64,000 bases of DNA from an uncultured Candidatus Binatia bacterium (GTDB taxonomy: Bacteria > Desulfobacterota > Binatia > Bin18). The notes under the pieces were generated by a model. The model was not told where the DNA came from. It made no database searches and was given only the letters and a program-made list of their open reading frames with translations. How positions within the stretch are numbered: the first letter of the stretch is position 1; each line of letters starts with the position of its first letter. This document shows positions 58,055-64,000 of this stretch, in pieces. The position numbers were made by a program, and so were the translations under genes. The stretch is from positions 4,128,001 through 4,192,000 of the forward strand of contig OZ243961.1 of the NCBI GenBank assembly GCA_965214605.1, in the 5' to 3' direction.

Positions 58055-60565
58055 ATGGCCCTCTCCCCGACCATGCAACTGTACCGCAATACCAAGCGGG
58101 AGTATCCCGACGCGATCGTGTTGCTGCGGCTGGGGGATTTCTACGAGATCTTTTTTGAGGATGCCCAGGAGGTGGCGACGCTGCTTGACCTGACGCTCAC
58201 CTCGCGTGGGGCGGGCCCGGACCGGATTCCGATGTGCGGCGTGCCACATCATGCCGTACAGGGCTATATCGCACGTTTGATTAAAGCCGGGCGGAAGGTC
58301 GCGATCTGCGATCAGCTGGAAGACCCCAAAACGGCCAAAGGATTGATTAAACGCGGTGTCACCCGGGTCGTGACCCCTTCGACCTTTGTCGAGAATGAGG
58401 ACGACCCCGGTAGCCCAAGTTTGTTGGGCCTGGCCTGGACGGGGAAGGTCTGGGGCTTGGCCTGGCTTGAGCCGGCAACCGGGTTGTTTCAGTTTTGGGA
58501 GGCGGCCGCTGATACGCTCACCGATGCCCTCGACCGGGTTGGGCCCAGCGAGATTGTCACCACCAAGAGTGCGGCCGCCTCGCCCCTGTTCAGCACCGGT
58601 GCTGGCCAGCGGTCCGAGATTGTCGTCACCCGGTTAGACGACTGGCACGCCTCGGCCGAAGACAGCCGGAGCTGTATCCAGACCTTTTACGGGCTGGACT
58701 CGCTGCGGGCCTTGGAGATGAGCCCGGCCACAACCGGTGCGGTCGCCCTGGTGCTGCGCTTTCTGCAGGAGCATATGCAGGTCGCCCTGCCGCACGTCAG
58801 GCTGCCCAAACGGCTCCAACAGGCCAGTACCATGCAGCTCGGTGCGGTTGTTGAGCGCAGTCTAGAGCTGTTCCACACGGTCAACCTTGACGCCCGTGGC
58901 AAGACCCTGCTCGACGTCCTGGACCAAACTCTGACTCCGATGGGCAAGCGTTTGTTGCGCCGCTGGATGCGTGGTCCGTTGCTGTCTGTGGCGGAGATTC
59001 AGGCCCGACACGGGGCCGTTGAGGAGTTGGTTCAGCAGCCGGCCGTGCTTGATTCCCTCCGCCGGGCGCTGGTACCGATCCGTGACCTAGAGCGGCTGCT
59101 GGCGCGGTTTAGCGCCCAGGTGGCGACGCCTAAAGACGCCGCTGGACTGCGTGACTCGGTAGCCCAGCGGCCCGAACTGGTGCAGACGCTGAGTGCGGCC
59201 GAATCGGGGTTGCTGCGCGTCCAGCGCGACCAAGTGGCAGTTGATCTGGGCGACCTGCGAGTTCGTCTCGACCGTGCCCTGGTCGATAGCCCGCCGGTTC
59301 ATCTGCGCGACGGGGGAGTGTTCGCCGCAGGGTATAACGCGGAGCTGGACCGTCTGCGCTCGCTGTCGGCCGACGCCAAACAATGGCTGGCCGCTCTGCA
59401 GGCCCGTGAGGGCCAGCGGACTGGTATCGCCAACCTCAAGATCGGTTATAATCGGGTCTTTGGCTATTTTCTTGAGGTGGCGAAGAGCCAGCTGTCGAAA
59501 GTCCCCCCGGACTATACGCGCAAGCGGATCCTGGCCAACAGCGAGCGTTTTGTTACCGTCGAGCTCAAGGAGCATGAGGACCAGATCCTGAACGCTGAGG
59601 AGCGGGCAGTCACGCTTGAACAAGAGCTGTTCGACCAGTTGTGCGCCGCGGTGCTAGACCAGCTGCGCGGGATTCAGGCCGTGGCCGCGGCGGTGGCTCA
59701 GCTCGACGTGCTGGCTTGCTTCGCCCAGGTGGCGCTGCATCAACACTATGTACGACCCGAGATGTGTGACGACCCGATCTTGTTGATCACGGGGGGTCGC
59801 CATCCGGTGGTCGAAACCTTGCTGGAGCGCAAAAAATTTGTCGCAAACGATCTGCTAGTCGATCGGGATACCCACCAGCTGTTACTCCTGACCGCTCCAA
59901 ATATGAGCGGCAAGTCGGTCTATCTGCGTCAGGCGGCGCTTATTGTGTTACTCGCCCAGATTGGCTCCTTTGTGCCAGCTAGCGCGGCCCGGATCGGGAT
60001 TGTTGATCGGATTTTCACCCGCATTGGAGCCTCGGACAATATGTCCTTGGGCGAGAGTACCTTTGCCGTGGAAATGATTGAGGCCGCTCAGATTTTGAAC
60101 TACACCACCCCCCGCAGCCTGTTATTGTTGGACGAGATTGGTCGCGGAACCTCGACCTCGGACGGATTGTCGATCGCGCGAGCGATTATTGAGTTTTTGG
60201 TTGACGAGAAGGGCCCCCGACCACGGACGCTGTTTGCCACCCATTTTCATGAACTGACCGACTTACACCGGATCCTGCCCGGCCTGGAGAACCACACTTT
60301 TGCGATCCGGGAGTGGAAGGGCGAGGTCGTCTTCCTGTACCGGGTCATTCCTGGCGCGGCCGATCAATCCTACGGGATTCATATGGCCAAACTAGCTGGA
60401 CTCCCTGGCCCGGTGATTAGTCGCGCGCGGGAGGTATTAGACGATCTTGAAGCCCGCGGTGTCCAGCTCGTCCGGCCGCGCAAGCGCCCGCGGCCGTCCA
60501 AGCCCGGCGTGGCGGAGCGCAACTCCAGCCAACTCGGTCTGTTTGGTGACGGACGTGAACCATGA
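58055..60565 (+). CDS. mutS: DNA mismatch repair protein MutS
   Basis: GDFYE, PMCGVP, PNMSGKS, DRIFTRIGASD, DEIGRGTST, ATHFHEL, clamp motif QLGLF. Confidence 0.97.
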   Translation: MALSPTMQLYRNTKREYPDAIVLLRLGDFYEIFFEDAQEVATLLDLTLTSRGAGPDRIPMCGVPHHAVQGYIARLIKAGRKVAICDQLEDPKTAKGLIKRGVTRVVTPSTFVENEDDPGSPSLLGLAWTGKVWGLAWLEPATGLFQFWEAAADTLTDALDRVGPSEIVTTKSAAASPLFSTGAGQRSEIVVTRLDDWHASAEDSRSCIQTFYGLDSLRALEMSPATTGAVALVLRFLQEHMQVALPHVRLPKRLQQASTMQLGAVVERSLELFHTVNLDARGKTLLDVLDQTLTPMGKRLLRRWMRGPLLSVAEIQARHGAVEELVQQPAVLDSLRRALVPIRDLERLLARFSAQVATPKDAAGLRDSVAQRPELVQTLSAAESGLLRVQRDQVAVDLGDLRVRLDRALVDSPPVHLRDGGVFAAGYNAELDRLRSLSADAKQWLAALQAREGQRTGIANLKIGYNRVFGYFLEVAKSQLSKVPPDYTRKRILANSERFVTVELKEHEDQILNAEERAVTLEQELFDQLCAAVLDQLRGIQAVAAAVAQLDVLACFAQVALHQHYVRPEMCDDPILLITGGRHPVVETLLERKKFVANDLLVDRDTHQLLLLTAPNMSGKSVYLRQAALIVLLAQIGSFVPASAARIGIVDRIFTRIGASDNMSLGESTFAVEMIEAAQILNYTTPRSLLLLDEIGRGTSTSDGLSIARAIIEFLVDEKGPRPRTLFATHFHELTDLHRILPGLENHTFAIREWKGEVVFLYRVIPGAADQSYGIHMAKLAGLPGPVISRAREVLDDLEARGVQLVRPRKRPRPSKPGVAERNSSQLGLFGDGREP

Positions 60566-62457
60566 ATCGGATTCAGCGTCTCGATCCACAAACGGTTGAG
60601 CAGATTCGGGCCGGTGAGGTCATTGAGCGGCCAGGTTCGGTCGTCAAAGAGTTGGTCGAAAACGCGATTGACGCCGGTGCCCAGACGGTCCACGTCAATA
60701 TTGTCAAGGGTGGTATCCGCGAGATAACGGTGCACGACGACGGCCAGGGCATGCTGGCCGAGGATGCCCTGCTGGCCGTCCAGCGCCACACGACGAGTAA
60801 AATCCGCCGCAGCACCGACCTGTTTGGGCTGTCCACCCTGGGGTTTCGGGGTGAAGCCCTGGCCAGTATTGCGGCGATATCGCAGCTAGAGATCATGTCA
60901 CGCGTGGCGGACGCGTTGGAAGGGGTTTGTGTCCGCGTTGCCGGCAGCGAGCCGGCCGAGTCCTCGCCTGTTGCCGCCAACCAGGGCACGACCGTCAATG
61001 TTCGCCACCTCTTTTTTAACACACCCCCGCGTCGGGCTTTCCTCAAGTCGCCAGTCGCCGAGGGTAACTATATTGAGGACGTCCTGATTAGACTGGCGTT
61101 GTCTCGGCCCGAGCTGCGGTTTGTTTTCACCCGGGATGGAAAGCCTGCCTTTGACGCGTTGCCGTGCAGCGGGCCACAGGCACTCCGTCTGCGGGCGGCA
61201 GCGATCCTAGGAGATATGTGGTCGGCCAGCCTAGTCCTGACCCACGACGGGATGGAGGACGCCGGTGTCCGGCTGTCCGGTATCCTCGGAGCACCCGATC
61301 ACACCAAAAACACCCGCACCGGTCAGTACTTTTATGTCAACGGCCGCCAGGTCAAAAGCCAAGCGCTGTCCTCCGCCTTGAGTCGCGCCTACGGCGAACT
61401 GCTACCGGCCAAACGTTTTCCGGTCGCCGTGCTGTTTGTGACCGTTCCGCCCCGTGAAGTTGACGTCAACGTGCATCCGACCAAGCGTGAGGTAAAGTTT
61501 CAGGATGAACCGGTTGTGTTAGGCGCACTAGTCCGCCAGGTTCGTCGCACGCTTGACCAAGCCAACCTGTTCAAGCGTCTGGAGCTCCCGACCCCTCCTG
61601 GGTCTAGGGCAGTGCCGACAGCCGAATCTGGGGCGCCGAGCGACGATATTCCGGACCCCAACGATTCTCCCGCCCCTCACCCCCCACCGCCCCTCTCAAC
61701 GTCGTCAACACCGGCCGTGCCCTCCTCCGGGTTGCACCGCCACGCCACACTCCGCAGAAGATTTCAGCCCCAGGTCCGGGAGGCTCCCGCTGTTTCCCGC
61801 TCGGCTCCCGCCGCGCCGCCTGACCCAGCCGTGGTATCCGAACCCGCCCCGCCCGAGCTCTTGCTGCGTCCCCAGGACCCAAATTTTCGGGTGATTGGTC
61901 AGAGTCATGAGCTCTTTATCCTGGTCGAGGTCGCAGCTGAGCTGTGGTTGGTGGATCAGCACGCGGCCCACGAACGGGTGATATATGAGCAGGTGCTGGC
62001 CAGCTTACGTAACGGCAGGGGCGAGTCACAGACACTGCTCTTACCAGTCACATTTGAGATCGAAGCCTCGGCTAGGACTGCTCTGGACGAACTGCAAGAG
62101 TATTTGTCGGGCGTCGGTTTTGATATCCGGCCGTTTGGCGGTAAGACCTACCAGGTCCAAGCCGCCCCCGCGTATTTTCGTCCGGCCGATATCCCAGAGC
62201 TGATCGTTGAACTCGCCCAAGCCCGTGCCGAAGGTCGGTCTGAGGACTCGGTCGCGGCCACACAAGAAGATCTGGCGGCGCGGATCGCCTGCAAGGTCAA
62301 GTCGATCAAAGCCGGCCAAACTCTGACGCCCGAGTCGATGAAGGCCTTGCTGAAATCTTTGCTCGCCTGTCAATCGCCCTTTACCTGTCCGCACGGTCGG
62401 CCGACAATGGTCCGGATGTCGGTCAAGCAGCTGGAAGGACAGTTTGATCGGCGTTAG
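60562..62457 (+). CDS. mutL: DNA mismatch repair endonuclease MutL
   Basis: AGEVIERP, GFRGEALAS, DVNVHPTKREV, DQHAAHER, CPHGRP; ATGA overlap with mutS. Confidence 0.97.
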   Translation: MNRIQRLDPQTVEQIRAGEVIERPGSVVKELVENAIDAGAQTVHVNIVKGGIREITVHDDGQGMLAEDALLAVQRHTTSKIRRSTDLFGLSTLGFRGEALASIAAISQLEIMSRVADALEGVCVRVAGSEPAESSPVAANQGTTVNVRHLFFNTPPRRAFLKSPVAEGNYIEDVLIRLALSRPELRFVFTRDGKPAFDALPCSGPQALRLRAAAILGDMWSASLVLTHDGMEDAGVRLSGILGAPDHTKNTRTGQYFYVNGRQVKSQALSSALSRAYGELLPAKRFPVAVLFVTVPPREVDVNVHPTKREVKFQDEPVVLGALVRQVRRTLDQANLFKRLELPTPPGSRAVPTAESGAPSDDIPDPNDSPAPHPPPPLSTSSTPAVPSSGLHRHATLRRRFQPQVREAPAVSRSAPAAPPDPAVVSEPAPPELLLRPQDPNFRVIGQSHELFILVEVAAELWLVDQHAAHERVIYEQVLASLRNGRGESQTLLLPVTFEIEASARTALDELQEYLSGVGFDIRPFGGKTYQVQAAPAYFRPADIPELIVELAQARAEGRSEDSVAATQEDLAARIACKVKSIKAGQTLTPESMKALLKSLLACQSPFTCPHGRPTMVRMSVKQLEGQFDRR

Positions 62458-62467
62458 AGTGGTTCGG

Positions 62468-63487
62468 ATGCAAATCGGAACCGTTTCGCTGAGCTCCAAC
62501 CTGTGCCTCGCCCCGTTAGCCGGGTATACGACTCTGGCCTTCCGACTGTGTATGCGTGAGGTGGGCGGCTTTGGTCTGGCAACAACCGAATTAGTACACG
62601 CCCGGGCGTTCCTGGAAAAGCACCCCAAGGCGTTTGCCCTGGCCGAGACACGCCCTGAGGACTCGCCGTTGAGCGTCCAGCTGTTTGGCCCAGTTGCTGA
62701 AGAGGTCCGCGATGCTGCTCTGCAGCTACAAGAGCGCGGGGTCGCTCTGATTGATATCAATATGGGCTGCCCGGTCGAGAAGGTGGTCAAGATCGGGGCT
62801 GGGGCGGCGATGCTGAAAGATCCGCGGCGAACCGCAAGATTTGTCGAGACCGTCACCAGGGCGGTCAAGATTCCGGTTACCGTCAAAACACGTCTGGGCT
62901 GGGACGGGACACGGCTTGATGCGGCCATTGTGGCGCCGCTTCTGGAAGATGTGGGCGTGGCGGCGCTGACAATTCACGGCCGAACCCGGGCCGGCGCGTT
63001 TGGCGGTCGTGTTGATGTGGCTGGCATTCGCAGCGTAGTTGAATCGGTCCGCTCCATCCCGGTGTTTGGCAACGGGGATATCTGTGATGCGGCAACGGCC
63101 AGGCGCATGCTCAACGAAACGGACTGTGCCGGGCTGGTCATCGGCCGAGCGGCGGTGGCCAACCCATGGATCTTTCACCAGATCCGGGCTGGTCTGCTCA
63201 ATACCCCTCCACCGCTCGCCCCTAGCCTAGAGGAACGCGTCGCCTTTATGACCCGCCATTTTCTGCGTAGCGTTGAGCTGCGCGGAGAAAAACTGGCGTG
63301 TCTCCAGTTTCGGAAGATGATTGATTATTATGCCCAGTCTTTCGGGCCGTGTAAGCCGCTACGCTTGGCGATGAAAGAGCTGAGCAGTGTCGAACAGTAC
63401 CACGCTCTAGTTGGACGCTTCTTGGCGTTTCGGCACCAGGTCGGCAGCTGGGAACAGGCTGGCCCGGCACGGGTGGCTGCCGGCTAA
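62468..63487 (+). CDS. dusB: tRNA-dihydrouridine synthase
   Basis: LAPLAG, VQLFG, DINMGCP, VKTRLGW, IHGRT, GNGDI. Confidence 0.92.
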   Translation: MQIGTVSLSSNLCLAPLAGYTTLAFRLCMREVGGFGLATTELVHARAFLEKHPKAFALAETRPEDSPLSVQLFGPVAEEVRDAALQLQERGVALIDINMGCPVEKVVKIGAGAAMLKDPRRTARFVETVTRAVKIPVTVKTRLGWDGTRLDAAIVAPLLEDVGVAALTIHGRTRAGAFGGRVDVAGIRSVVESVRSIPVFGNGDICDAATARRMLNETDCAGLVIGRAAVANPWIFHQIRAGLLNTPPPLAPSLEERVAFMTRHFLRSVELRGEKLACLQFRKMIDYYAQSFGPCKPLRLAMKELSSVEQYHALVGRFLAFRHQVGSWEQAGPARVAAG

Positions 63488-63511
63488 GTCTAGCTGGTCG
63501 GTGACGGGCGG

Positions 63512-64000
63512 ATGCGTAGTATTTTTCCCACTTTGGTTTGGCTCTTCCCCCTGCTCTTGGTCTTGATGCTTATCTTTCCAGCCCGGCCGACCCCGGCCGA
63601 CAGTCCCCTAGCAAATACACTCCCGGTCCTGGGCCAGCATGCTGTCCAAGATGCTCTCCGATCTCTGACCGCACCGCCCGTCCTGCCCCCTCGTTCCTCG
63701 GCTCTCGCCTACTGGGATGTGTGCGTCAATCTCAGCCTCACGGCTGTGACACCCGACACCCATATCTCCATGCTCCTTCCGCTGTCTGACGGCCGTCAGA
63801 GCATTGTCTCACGGCGCACCCATACGCCTGGAGTCCGGTACTGGGAAGAGACCGACGAGGTCAACCTGTGGGGCCATTGGCAGGTCACGGATACGATGCC
63901 GCAGCAAATTCGCTACGCCTATACCGTGCAGATCAGTGAGATTCGAACCGTGCTTCCCCAGCACCCTTTTCCGTTTCAGACAGCCGCCACCGAGGCGCTG
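63512..64000 (+). CDS. 5' part of an exported/membrane protein running off the window (possibly transglutaminase-like)
   Basis: Open frame from ATG 63512 to the window edge: MRSIFPTLVWLFPLLLVLMLIFPA...MLLPLSDGRQSI...NLWGHW; absent from the ORF track because it has no stop. Confidence 0.6.
   Translation, partial: MRSIFPTLVWLFPLLLVLMLIFPARPTPADSPLANTLPVLGQHAVQDALRSLTAPPVLPPRSSALAYWDVCVNLSLTAVTPDTHISMLLPLSDGRQSIVSRRTHTPGVRYWEETDEVNLWGHWQVTDTMPQQIRYAYTVQISEIRTVLPQHPFPFQTAATEAL

Noticed and set aside
59880-59930. MutS Walker A variant TAPNMSGKS as inactivation
   Set aside because: Single conservative change with GKS and all other motifs intact

Overview
GC-rich bacterial chromosomal window with about 60 CDS, mostly on the minus strand. 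Housekeeping genes: nrdJ, dciA-like, hpt, bioB, moaC, hisF, dapL, pgm, a stand-alone fusA, mutS-mutL-dusB and tRNA-Leu(TAA). These are mixed with many catabolic enzymes (CaiB CoA-transferases, luciferase-like oxidoreductases, amidohydrolase, BKACE, acyl-CoA dehydrogenase). This repertoire resembles deltaproteobacteria-like lineages such as Binatia/Tectomicrobia (inference only). I found no CRISPR array, rRNA or intact mobile element. Deletion-driven decay is visible: bioF, bioA and bioD are ruined while bioB is intact, and a type I R-M locus, a GarR-like dehydrogenase and a tRNA-linked integrase survive only as scars. Strongest candidates for new biology: (1) an OprC-like TonB receptor lacking the Cu-binding Cys, with a His/Met-rich loop, behind a Cys/His- and polyproline-containing leader ORF; (2) a cytochrome c with a contracted CxCH motif in a cluster with an FMN-binding protein, a membrane protein and cytochrome c'; (3) a sarcosine oxidase-DUF917-hydantoinase operon; (4) a signal-peptide-bearing F420-type LLM enzyme; (5) a duplicated NrdR-box promoter and a duplication-born uORF at nrdJ. 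All family calls are from motif recognition by eye; no searches were run.
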